Origin: the human T2T-CHM13v2.0 reference genome, Homo sapiens
Reading direction: 5' to 3' (one strand)
Length of the DNA stretch: 64,000 bases
Assembly: GCF_009914755.1 (NCBI RefSeq)
Contig: NC_060947.1
A program made the position numbers and the translations under genes. The notes below the pieces were generated by a model that ran no database searches, was not told where the DNA came from, and saw only the letters and a list, made by a program, of their open reading frames with translations. Positions 40,615 to 53,300 of this stretch are shown here, piece by piece; position 1 is the first letter of the stretch; each line of letters begins with the position of its first letter.

Positions 40615-43600
40615 CTCTAGGCCAATCTGAAAAGGGTTTCCTTTGCAGTCACCCACAGGATGCTGTCCTTGGTGCTGCCCTGTCCCCACTGTCCTCAAGG
40701 TCTCAGTTAAAGATGAGAAAAAGCTGGCTTCTCAAATTGGCAGGTCATCCATGCAAAGCCAGCCTGGAGGAATAATGACACTATTTGATGCTAGAATGTG
40801 GACCTGAAATGATCTCTGTAGGTTGGAAGTGCCAGCCAAAATTGTTTTGATTTTTAATAGAGATAGCTTTATTTTTACCTAGGTCAAGTTTCTAACTCAA
40901 GTTTCTTGGCATTTTAACTCCTACATGTTCAGTGAGGTTGTCAGTGGTGCTGTGGGTATCCAGGCACTGTGACCCCAGTTCGCACCATAGCATAGGCTGC
41001 AGGAACTCAACCAGTAATGGAAGGTTGGCCCTGAGTACAGGAGCAAAGTCTGGCCTACCACCTCTTGGTATTTCAGAATTTGATCACATAGTAAAAAAAG
41101 GGTGCCACACAGGAGAGAAAACTGAATCTGGACTCAGTTATGAAGGGATGGCATTGGGGGTGGTGATGAGGATCAAGAACCATTCTAATGCAGTTGCATT
41201 TGCCATCTGTGCTGGTCTAGAGCATTATCAGCTGTTTTGTCTTATCTGGGGCATGAGCTCCTCTTCCTATGTGCTGGGAATCCCTGCCAGCCAGGGGCTC
41301 TGACACCAGCTGGGTTGCTGGGGTGGCCTGCTCCTGGCAGCGAAAGCAGGTCTATAATTGGCCCATAATTGGATTGGATTTGGCTCGGAATGACTCCCAG
41401 GCTCTCTCTCTCCTGACGGATAATAAGCAGTAAACTTTGTATGTGACCTCGCAGGGTGTCTGGGACACCATTTCTTAGCTGTCAGTGAAAACCAAGAGCT
41501 TTCCAGAAGAGTTGACCTTTAGGGCAATGGTTTGGGGGCATCTTGAAGTGAAGTTTTCCCCAGACCCATTTGTTTGCCACCTGATCTTTCTGAAATTAAG
41601 ACATTTCAACCCAATTTCCAAATCCTGGATCAAATCTGTCCTCTACCATGTGTGTGCATGTATGTGCATGTGTGTGTGTATGTGTATGTGGTATGTTTGT
41701 ATGTGTATAAAGATTACAGTACGACTTTTTAAAATTAAACAAGAAAATAGTAAACAGAGGTAGAAATTGAGATAATACATTTCCTTTGAAATATATCTAT
41801 AGATAGAGGTGGGTAGATTAATCTTGAATATCTTTCCATGTCAGTGACAAAAGTCCTTCTGGGTATAAGCAGAGCCATTATCTGTTCAATTCTGGCCCAT
41901 GGAATGGATTGTTACTAATCCCCTTCCTGGGCACCTGTTGCAGACTACATGGTGATCCTACTTTTCTGATTGAAAGGGATTACACCCATTTTCTACAGAT
42001 GGACTTCAATAGGCTTAATTAATAATTAGTCTTAAAATGAACCTTCTCTGGAGGGAGAAGACAATACAACCCACAATCTTCCACCCTTTGTGAAGTTGGA
42101 AGTCATGTGAGATTGAACTGCAAAGTCAGTGCCTGCCCTACCTATCTCACAGAACTGTTATGAAGTTCGAAAGAGAGAATGGACATGGAAGGATTTCGGA
42201 ATTCTTAAAATCAAGAGCAAGGGTTTGTTAATATTATTGCTACTATTATCCCCTAGTTAAAAGATGTGATTTTGCGTATGTTATAAAACTTCCAAATAAA
42301 CCTGTTTCCTCATTGCCTGGCCTGTATGATGCCCCTTAAGCAGCCATTTCACAAAGTCTCCAGGCTGCCATGTTCTCTGGCACCTGTATTTACTAGTGAC
42401 TGCCTACCTATTATTGCAACATAGACATAATTTGATTATCAAATTAAATAATGTCAGATAGAGGGAGAAAACACCTCTGCAAGGTAATCATAGCTGGAAA
42501 TTAAATGTGAATGGGGCATAACCCAGGACAGGGTGTCATAGAGAAGACACCCAGGGCACTTCTGGACATTGAGATCGACATAGCTCTCATTTTATTTTCT
42601 GGACCAGACTCCAATAGTACATAGCCTATGCACAAAAGATTACTAGAAAGGTGAAATGTCTATTTTTGGCCATAAAGCCCATTCAAAATGCTCAGGAAAA
42701 TGCTGTATAAAGTCCATTGTTTGACTTTTCTTTGAGAGTAGGGCAATGGCAGCTCAACTCTCCAAGTATTTCTTAAGCTGATTCTCTTCAGAGAAAAATC
42801 AAATTACAAACGAGATGCATTTGCTAGTTAAAAATTAGGGTGAGAGGAGGGAAATTCCTTGAAGTCTCCAAAACAAAATGAAAATGCTAAAGTGAAATGT
42901 TTGTAATTTTGCTGTCTTGAGACAAAGGCCTTGGAAACATGAGCTGCTGCAGGTTTTGAAAACTGGAACTGCAATGCCTCCTCCAGGAGAAAGAGGACAG
43001 TTGCAGGTTAGAAATCATCTCATGAACTGGCTCAAGCTCAAAGGATTCAGGTGATTGAGAAAGAGATCCTCCCAGATGTTTGCAAGTGCTTCAATGAGCT
43101 CATATTAGTCACAGATAAGATAATTAATGGATTTTAATTTTCAGTGAGCTTTCTTCATATTCGCTGGGGAAATGTGCAGAGCTAATCTTCAGACAGTATT
43201 TCACTTAAAAACCAACCAACCAATCAACTCCTAGCCTTGGAAGCAAGGGGCAGAGGGCAGAAGGTATGGGCAGACTGTGAGGACAGCGAAGGGAATGAAG
43301 ACTTCCTGGAAGCTGCTGTGTACCAGGAGCACCATCTGAGTCAATTCACTGTCTTTATGGTGCCTTCTCAAGACTTACATTATTATTCCTATTTATAGAT
43401 GTGGCTCAGAGTGGTCAGGAAGTTGCCCAAGGTCACTGAATTACTACGTGCCAGAGCTGCAAGTGGAGGACGGGTGTGTCCCACTCTTTCCAGCACATCA
43501 AGTGTCCAGTGGCTGCTGTAAGGTGGGCAAATGTGCGCAGAAAGCCTGTCCATGCCACCTGACACAGCCACAGCCCACTCTGCTATGATCGCCCCACTTC

Positions 43601-43884
43601 TTCTCGCAGAACTCAGATTCCCAACCCTTCTCAGCAGTCAGTACCAATGAAACAGACACAACACTCAAAATGAAAACTGTTTGTCTTTCCTATAAAGTAG
43701 GAACACAAAACTGGAAAATAGGACACTGGGATTTTAGACTGGTATTGACCTTGATTCCATTGCTCCTGGGACTCACTGCTAATAGATAGGGGATCTTAAA
43801 TTAAGTTCATTCTAATGGTAACATTTTGTAGTTTGTAATAGCTCCCATGGTATGCAGAACTTTAGATATACACACTATGTGATT

Positions 43885-44200
43885 CAGTGCTTCTCAGCCC
43901 TGGAACTATCGGTGCCTGTTGTGGGAACTGTCCTGTGTGTTGTAGGGTGTTTAGTACCATCCCTGGTCTCAAGCCCCTGAATGCCAAGAGTACCCACCCT
44001 GAGGTGTGACAATCAAAAATGTCTTCAAACATTGCTAAATATTCCTCAGGGTGGACAGCAGAATTGCCTCTGGGAGTTAGGTATTTTTCTCATTTTTCAG
44101 ATGAAGAAACTGAGGCAGAGCAATTATATAAAATCACAAGACAAGGGAATAGCAAAGCCAGGGTATAAACCTATACTTGAATCACTTCTCTTCCACATTT
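43885..44200. mobile_element. MER20-like MITE followed by a MIR fragment
   Basis: cagtgcttctcagccctgg...tgtgacaatcaaaaatgtcttcaaacattgc, then cattttcagatgaagaaactgaggc. Confidence 0.65.
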
Positions 44201-45477
44201 CTTTCAGTGGGATAACTGTTTTCCAACATCCTGTCTAGACTCTTTCTTTGTCACCTGTATTCAAAGGCCGTGCCTTCTCATTTCTTCTTCATTCCTGCTG
44301 CAACCACTATGTGCTAATATCCCCTCTCACATCCTTACCCAACTAGACTGTGAGTCCCTTGAGGGATGTTGTCTTGTATCACCTATTTCTAACATAGTAG
44401 TGCCTGAAACAGTCAGTGAATAGATGTTCATTTCATAAATGAGTGAATTTATCCAAGCACTTTAATCCTTCCCACTCAAATCCAATTCATGCTGTCAACT
44501 TGCATTATGAAGAAGAAGGTTAATTTGGCCAAGGTAAATTCCAACTAGCCCATGTACAAAATGATCAGGCAATGAAAACAGTCTGAATAGATGGATGATT
44601 GAACACTCAGAATTTAATAAACCTGTTGGGGTAGTTTTCAGGAATTAATTGCTGCCTCTGAAACTAAAATGCAGCCATGATTCTTATCATCTGTATCCAA
44701 AATTGGGGGATCAGGTAAGAGCTAGGCAGTAAAATATGTATTACTTGTTAAGGATTCTATTACATCGGTGACAGGTGGAAGGAAGTGCCACTATCTTCTA
44801 GGGTGGAAGGAAGTGCCACTGTCCTTCCTATAGAAGGCATCCAATGACTTTCTGGCAATAGGACACGCTTGCTTTCGGCTGTTTATCCAGCAGTCCAGAT
44901 GAATTGTTCTGAGCAACCTTTGTGCCACCTGCCTGGACAAAAGAGACTCCAATCTGTCGACTGCTTAATAGAAATTTCCCTCAGTGAGAAGCCAATTGAC
45001 TGACCCTGCCTCGGATTAAACCAGCCACCCCCTTGCCATCTGCATAAAGTCCTAGACTAGAGGGTGTGGAATGATCAGTTCACAGGCAGGGAGCAGTGGT
45101 AAGGGAGTACAAGTTAAATTTGCAAGTCTTGATTTGCTCCTCGTGATTCCTTCTCCTTCTCAAATGCCACAGCATGTGCAGGGAGTTAAAATGAGCAGCA
45201 TTGTCACGATGCAGCCAACCCTGATTAGACAGCCTGGAATTCACTTCCCCAGTTTTCTGCGTGGGCTGCACACAGCGTGAGAGGGAATGAGCGAAAAGGC
45301 TTCACGGGTCGGAGACTGCTGCACCATGAATGACACAGACTCCTGACAAGCCCTTGCTCATCTCCGGAGCAAAGGCAGGTGGGCTCTGCAGCGGTCTGGT
45401 ATTGCTCTGCTGCAGTTTTGTCAGCACTGGGCAAAGTCCATGTCATCCCCAGCACTGCCATAATCGGAGTTTTTCTG

Positions 45478-45514
45478 TCTCCTCTCCTCTCCTTTCCCCT
45501 CCTCTCCCTTCCCC

Positions 45515-45575
<61 letters not shown>
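45478..45575. repeat. 98-nt pure polypyrimidine tract ending in (TC)28
   Basis: Read directly from the sequence. Confidence 0.97.
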
Positions 45576-45578
<3 letters not shown>

Positions 45579-45979
45579 CTTTCTCTGATGTTTATGGGCA
45601 TTAACTCTTCCTTTTTGTCAAAATCCTTAAAAAGAGCAAATTATTTGTGCTTCCATGCAATGTTTTGCCCATTAAACCGTGAACCAGGGTAGATGCTCTG
45701 GCATATTTGAATCCCTAATGCCTGATATACTCAGCACCTGGTGCATCTTTTGTGTTTAGTAAATGCTGACTAGCTAAAAGAATGAATATGTGAATGAATA
45801 AACAAATGAGCAAACAAAGGAACACATCAACCAACATGCCAGGGTTATGTTTCAGTGTTCGTCTTTGTGACAGTGACAGTTTCTGCAGTCTCTTTAGCCT
45901 TTGCTTGCTTTGCACTGACCCAACATGGTGAAATATTATTTGCAAAGACTATAGCTAAAAGAACATTTTTTAAGAATGC

Positions 45980-46235
45980 AGTGGGTGATAGTGATTAAAA
46001 GGACTGGCTGTTTAGTGTGACAGATGATGGTTTGCACCTCACCTCTGTGACTTACAATCTGGGTGACCTCGGTCAAGTTGCATAAGCTCTCTTAGCCTTC
46101 ACTCTCCCATAAACAAAATGAGCATTGTAGTAATACCCCATGCAGTCAGCACAAGGAATGAATGAAATAATGCATGTGAGGTGCAAAATATGGTACCAGG
46201 CATATCACAAGCATATAATAAATGGGAATGTTCAT
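45980..46235 (+). mobile_element. MIR
   Basis: ctgggtgacctcggtcaagttgcataagctctc...aaaatgagcattgtagtaatacc...aatgaaataatgcatgtga. Confidence 0.7.
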
Positions 46236-46626
46236 GATGACAATAAAAATGATGACATTGATATTGATGCTGGTGACTACTAATGCTTAATGTTAATACT
46301 TTAGAAGACTTGATGAGCTGCTGAGATAATCTGCTTTCTGATACATTTGAGATGAAAAAATAACCTATAAAAATAGTTGGGTTTGAGGCAATTCCACATA
46401 GACCATATACCATAAATATGTTTAATCTGGCAATTGACAAGAATCATATTTAAGAGTGCTTCATTCCTAAGTCTTAATTACTGTTAAGAGATTATAAATA
46501 TTGGCAATTAATTACTTTACTCTTTTTATTACTGTCTTAATTTCTGTGACGTGCAATGCATTGATTGCTTGGAAAGCAAAGTCCGCAGCAAGCTGGACCT
46601 AACATCAACCTTTCAAGCAGGTAAAT

Positions 46627-46846
46627 CAGGGTTACTCACTCTCAGCAGTATTGACATTTGGGGCTGGATCATTCTTTGTTGTAGGAGGCCATCCTTGGCA
46701 TTGTGGGATGTTTAATAGCATCCCTGGCCTCTCCTCACTAGAGGACAGTAGCAGCCCACCCCTAGTTGTGACAATTCAAACTGTGTGCAGACATTGCCAG
46801 ATGTCCCCTGGGAGGAAAAATCCACACCCTCCCCCCATTGAGAACA
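46627..46846. mobile_element. MER20 hAT-Charlie MITE
   Basis: tattgacatttggggctggatcattctttgttg...agcatccctggcctc...gacattgccagatgtcccctggg...ttgagaac. Confidence 0.82.
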
Positions 46847-48289
46847 AATGAGATAGAGTAATGAGTTCCATTACATTGAGAGTAGAACAGGTGCCAGGTG
46901 TAACTGTCTTTTGGCCCATGGAGATGTGTGTGCCAGTATAGGAAGATCAACAGAATTGGGTTCGGAGTCACCTCTGCTTTCCACCAAGCTGGCTGAAGCA
47001 AATGTGCTTCTCTGGTCTCAAGTCTACTCCCTAAAAGCTCTCGCACCAATTCCAATTTCTTCCTGATAATTCACACACTAGACCCTCCAAATCTCTGTTT
47101 TAATAGAAACTACACAGGTAGCTTCTGTGTGTTTACTGTTGAGAGGCTCTTAAAGCAACTGCCACAATCAACTCAAAGTCTTCTTGTGTTCACTCTCAAG
47201 TCCTCTACACCCACACAGACTGTAACCAGGGTCTAAAACGAGAGTTTTGCCAGCCAGGAAAACAAATGAACAAGACCTTGATACAGTTCAGAATCACTGC
47301 AGAACCTGTCTTTATCCTAACCAAGTGAAGATCAGGAAGAATTTAAAAAGAGCATCACAAATCAAAAGAAATGTGGCTTCACTAGAGAATGAAAAATATC
47401 AGCATAAAACCATTTCCTTCAGAGAAAGTGAATAGAGCTCTGTAATTGGGTCAAAGCAGGGAACATTTCAAAAATGAGGACAAAAAATTTCCACAAACCA
47501 CAGAGAAGACATTTGGAGAAGTGTGTTTAAGTCTAGTTCTATGTGAAACAATAAATCAGTCCTCTGTCTTCTGGCAAAAGGAAAAGGTTATGAAATCATG
47601 ATAAGTCAAAGACTATGAGAAATAAATCATCCTAATTCTGAAGGCTGCAAAGCAACATGAAAACTAATCTTGTGATAAAATGTAAAGTGGAAAAAGCAAG
47701 ATACAAAACTATACAAGTGCTACAAATGATGCTATATAAGAAAAATATATAAGAACCAGTTCCTATTTACTGAGTAATTACCCATCCCAGGTACTGTGCC
47801 TGGAGATACTTTTAAAAATACATCTCCCTAACCCTTCACAACTACTGATTGAGAGAGGTGCCATTTTCTGCTTTTATCAAACAAGAAAATAGAGGCATAG
47901 AGCGCAAAGTTGCAAACGTAGAAGGAAATGAGACCAAGTCTTCACAACCCCAGATCAACATATTGTTAGCAACTTGGTTGTATTGCATCCCAGAAGTAAA
48001 CCCAGAGGAAAAGACTAGAAGGGGAAATACCAAAGTCAGTATTTTGCTAAAATGGCGATCTACTGGGCAATCATTTTTTATTTCCCAGTCTCTGTTACAT
48101 TGTTATAGTGTTTATACAAATAGATTTATTACATTTATTATTCCTTACCATTTGAAAGGAATGATATTTCCATTCATGCATCAATTTAATCATAAGTTTA
48201 CTATAAGATGATAAAGGGCATGTTTCCCAAATATGGAATAGGTGCTAATATTGATTTGATTGGTTGGTTATGGGATTTGAGATCTTTTT

Positions 48290-49340
48290 TAATATAGTCA
48301 TTTATAACTGTAAACTTTCCTCTAAGTACTGCTTTCATTGCATCTTATAAATTTGGGTATGCTGTATTTTTGTTTTCATTCGCCTCAAAGTATTAATATT
48401 TTTAAATGTACCTTGTGATTTCTCCTTTGACTCATTGGTTATTTAGAAGCATGTTGTTTAAGTTCCACAAGTTGTGAATTTCCCAAACTTCCTTCTGTTA
48501 TTGATTTCTAATTTCATTCCATTATGGTCATAGAACATACTTTGTATGATTTCAATCCTTTTAAATTTGAGACTTATTTCATGGCCTAACATATGCTCTG
48601 TCCTGCACAATGTTCCATGTACACTTGAGAAGAATGTGTACACATGTACTCTGCTGTTGTTGGGCAGTGTTTTATATGTGTGTATATATACATATCCACA
48701 CACTATACATATAATATATATACACACATATATGTGTGTATGTGTACACATACACATAATGTGTGTATGTGTACACATACACATTATGTGTGTATGTGTA
48801 CACATACACATTATGTGTGTATGTGTACACATACACATTATGTGTGTATGTGTATATATACACATTATGTGTATATGTGTATATGTGTATATGTACACAT
48901 TAATGTGTATATGTGTATATGTACACATTTGTGTATATGTGTACATGTACACATAAGTGTGTATGTGTATGTGTACACATTAATGTGTACATGTACACAT
49001 AAATGTGTATATGTGTATATGTACACATTAATGTGTATATGTGTATATGTACACATTTGTGTGTATATGTGTATATGTACACATTTGTGTGTATATGTGT
49101 ATATGTACACATACATAATGTATATATACACATTATATATATATATATATATGTTAGGTCTAGTTAGTTTATGGTGTTGTTCTTGTCTTATATTTCCTTG
49201 TTGATCATTTATCTAGTTATTCTAGACATTATGGAAAATGGGATATTGAATTCCCCAATTATTATCATTAGATTGTCTGTTTCTTCCTTCATTTGTGTTG
49301 GTTTTTGCTTCATGTGTTTTGGGGGTCTGTTGTTATGTAC
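48290..49340 (-). mobile_element. Old L1 ORF2 (endonuclease region) fragment interrupted by a minisatellite
   Basis: Minus-strand ORF 48458-48952 ends YTFFSSVHGTLCRTEHMLGH...IEIIQSMFYDHNGMKLEINNRRKF, an L1 ORF2 EN C-terminal motif. Confidence 0.88.
48674..49152. repeat. AT-rich alternating purine-pyrimidine minisatellite with a ~27-bp palindromic unit
   Basis: Units ATGTGTGTATGTGTACACATACACATT at 48732, 48759, 48786, 48813 and 48840 (first and last are variants), followed by diverged copies. Confidence 0.95.
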
Positions 49341-50039
49341 TAAATGCACTTTTTAATCAATTGTCTGGGTATATCAATTTGCCCTTCTTCCAACACTCTC
49401 AGAATTAGCCCTTGAATCAGTAGGAATGATGGTGATGCATGTTTAACATTTAAGAGTAATGAGCGCCTTATGTTCTCCCGTATCAGAGATGACAACTCTC
49501 TGGATGACAGGTTGGTAAATATGTCTTATCTAGACGTGGATGTTATTTGAAAAATAAAGCCAAAGAATTCTTGAATACTAAGTTTTCTTCTGGTTTACAC
49601 GTCTTTCTCCTCTTTTGAGGAATATGAGACAAACTTGACATTTTCCTTAATTTTTTAGTTTCCCAGAGGAATACAATCAATTAATTAAAGTCAAATTTCT
49701 GGGCCCATTACTGATTTTGGTCAACAATGTTAACTATGGACCTTTTGAGAGAAGCTAGTCTTTCTTTTAAAGTGGTAAGCTCCCTAAGATTACAAGGACT
49801 TGGAATGTCTACATTTCTAAGTGATCCCAGACTTGCTGTGGTCAGGGCACCGGCAACATCCTCCAGACTTGCCCTGTGTGCCTAATATGTATCATGTGAA
49901 TTGCAGCCTTTAAAGGAGCTATGCGATAGCATCATAAGGAAGATGTAAACAAGAAAACCAATACATTACAATTCAGTAAGTTTGTGACAGGATAAACAGA
50001 AGATGCTAGGGATGGGGCAGAGTGCTGGAGGAAGAGGAC

Positions 50040-50393
50040 TCTTATGGACTGCATGTTTGTGTCCCTCCCCCAAATTCATATGTTGAAGCCTTAATCCTCA
50101 ATGTGATAATATTAGGAGGTGGGGCCTTTGAGAGGTAATTAGGTTTAGATGAGGTCATGAGTGTGGGGTCCCCATGATAGAATTAGCACCCTTATAAGAA
50201 GAGGAAGAGACATCAAAGGACACAGCAAGAATATGGCCATCTGCAAGCCAGGAAGAGAACCCTCACCAAAACCCAACAATACTGACATCCTCATCTCTGA
50301 CTTTCAGCTCCAGAATGGTGAGAAATAAATGTCTGCTGTTTTAGCTACCCAGTCTATGGTATTTTGTTATAGCGGACCGAGCAGACTAAGATA
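50040..50393 (+). mobile_element. MLT1A0-type MaLR solo LTR
   Basis: tatggactgcatgtttgtgtccctcccccaaattcatatgttgaagcc ... gcagactaagata. Confidence 0.85.
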
Positions 50394-53300
50394 AGGGCAC
50401 ACCTCCCCCAACAGGGCATTATAAAGATTCTTTTCAAATCTACAAAATCCAAAATCAGGGCTGGCTAGCTGATGTGGGGTATGAGATAGAGACTAACTTG
50501 AGATTATGAGGCTGTGTATGGGTACAAAGGAACTGCAGATTATTCCAACTCATTCTCATTTACTGCCCTACAGCAGTGTTTCTCAAAGTATGGTCCAAGG
50601 CCCACTGGTTGACCTCAAAAGACTTCTCGATACAAAAACACAAGTGCTTTCTTCAGTTCCTAATGATGAATGGGGATTAATTCCATAGATTCTCACGTCT
50701 CTACACAACCAAAACCTACTAAGTGAGCTATCAAGAATCAGTAAAATTTTGCATTTTTCTAAAACCTTAGTTTAGTATACAATCATGAAGTCTGACTGCC
50801 ACACATGTGGCCATGCTGCAATGTCCAACACAGACAGAAGGGATTCTTGAAACTTCAGAAGGAGAATTTCTTTTTAGAGCTTCATCAGTTCCAAGGCTTT
50901 CAATTGCGACTTTCTCGGTGCTTATTAGCATCATTGTAGAATTATTCTTAGGTTTTACCTTTGCTAATCATTTCTTTTTCTTGTAATTGATGCGTCATTA
51001 CCACTTTGATACTTATTTTGTTCCTCTTCAATTCTTTGATATCACTGAGTTCTTTTACCACTGGAAAAAGAGATGAGATGGTGTAGGCAGGCTGTGGGGT
51101 TTTATTTTGTTATGCTCCAAAAGTTTAAGACGTAGTGCCTAGAGGATCTCTTTGGTCTCACTAGACTGGTCTAATTATTAACAATACCCTGGACACTCCA
51201 TTTGTCCAGAGGTGATCTCTGAGCCTCTGTTTAAACCATTCCATTCCCACTGCCTCTTTGAAATTATCCCTGACCCCAAATCATACCTTAGCCCCTCAAA
51301 AGTCATAACATTATCTCTGCTGCCTAGTTGTTAGTGGGTCATAAACAGCCTTGGGATATCTTTAATAATTAAGCTGCTATCTAATTCTTGAATTGTTAGC
51401 TACCTTTTGAAGTATTTTATCTTTCCATCAAGACTTAAGTATCCTGAGAGCAGGGACCAAGTTTTATATCTATACATTTTACTACAGAAAGAAGAAAGTA
51501 CCCATGGTATAGAAGCTAGTTTCAAGGGTTCTTTACTGAGTACCTATGCTCTGATCTAAGGGTCGGGAACAAACAGAAATGGACACAAAGTCTGTTTGAA
51601 CACCAGCCCAGAGCGGTTCTGCAGGTTCCCCAGACCTTTGTCCATGAAGCCTGAGGTGGTATCTGCTACAACTGTAAGCAAACAAGCTGACAGTGGTTTC
51701 TGATAGTGGCCCTGCAGGATTCCTGATAATGCAGCAAACAAGCAGGATTGGAAGTATTGGAGGACACCTGGTTTCTAGATTTTGCCACTGGTCCTGCCTC
51801 TTCATCTGGTTCTTGGACTTTCTTAAGTCACCATCTGGCTACCTTAAATCACAGCCAGGAGGATTCCAAAATTTTTGTGGCTGAACATCCTACCTTCCCT
51901 GTACCATGCCAGTTCCAGCCTGGACTGGGGCCCCATTTGGGACATTCCTGTGTCTTTTGGCTTTGACTTGGTATGTGCTGTCTCTATATTGCCTGGTCTG
52001 GTTCCGGTTTGGGTCTAGGCCCCCACTCCTTTTCCATAAGCCATGATTTCTGGTGCCCAACGGGGTAGTCACTGGCCTTTCTGATTCTTGTTCTGTAATG
52101 TTTTTAATTGATTTCTGTGAACAATTCTATCCATGACACAGGGCATGGAAAGAATCTGAAATCCCACATAAAAGGAGGCACTGATCTTGGCTAGAATGAG
52201 ATGCTAACCTGTCTTATGTGTCTAAAGTACTGTAATAGTTATAATATTATGTGGACCTTGCGCCTTGTGGTTTTCACTGTGTTTGACACTATGGACATGA
52301 TGGACTTATTCAATCTTCAAACAATGATCTGTTTGATCAAATAACTGGACAACACAGGGTGAGGGTGGGTGACAAAGTGGTGACCCAAGAAGAAAAAAAA
52401 TCAATCCAACCAGTGAAGGGTTAAGTGATGGCTGGTCCAGGGTATTTACTGCTTATGAGTTCACTGAATCTATCAATGTTAAGAAATGTTCTCCTTCTGC
52501 GACCACAGACTATGACTACTGAAGTCTCGAAATTTCAAAATATCTGCAGGAGAAAAATAAGTCAAAAGCAAAACAGCTTGCTACAAAAAGTAAAGATCAT
52601 TCCTTGGCTTAAAACAATGACTGTACTCATTTGGAATTCAGATCAATTACCCTGACAACTTAGATTTTCACATTACTGTAAGAATAAGGAAAAATAGGTC
52701 TCTCTGAGTGGTTTTACATTAGAATTTGTTAAGGAGAGAAGAATCATTAAAGTCTTCTCTGAGAAAATAAAGTAACAAAAATGTGTTCTGGATATTCTGG
52801 TACATTTTCAATATTTGATTGAGTTGTTATTCTTCCTTGTTCCCTGTAATCACACAGCCAAGGCTACTGAATCAACCCCACTGCTGAGTAACACTGCGAG
52901 ATCCTCTCTAAGCTCATTTTAAAACCGCATTCCTCTGAATCTTCAAAACCAAATTCTTCTGGAACTGGAACTGAGGTTAAATTTAGGTCAACATGGTTTT
53001 CATAAAAGTAAAAACCTTTAAAGTTTGCATTAAAAATTCGTGTGTCCAACTGAACAGCCTTGGTTGGGTGATGATAATAAATATTACCAAAAGTTAAGTT
53101 CCCCTCTCCAGGCTTTCTAACAAGGAAGTTCTGAAGTTTCATCCCTACCATATTGAAAGATTTCATCTCAACTTGGCAACACAAGCAGGACTGAGTGTGA
53201 TACTCAGTCATCAATTTGTTCCATTCTGTCATCAGTAGCAACAAGTGCATGTAGCCACATGTCAGGTTAGTTCCTGCTCACATCAATTTGTCCCCATCCA

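Noticed and set aside
48732-48866. Regular ~27-bp palindromic repeats superficially like a CRISPR array
   Set aside because: The units are directly tandem with no unique spacers, there are no cas genes, and the context is a mammalian intron.
53189-53209. Hairpin GACTGAGT-gtgat-ACTCAGTC
   Set aside because: Several 8-bp stems are expected by chance in 64 kb, and there is no miRNA- or snoRNA-like context.
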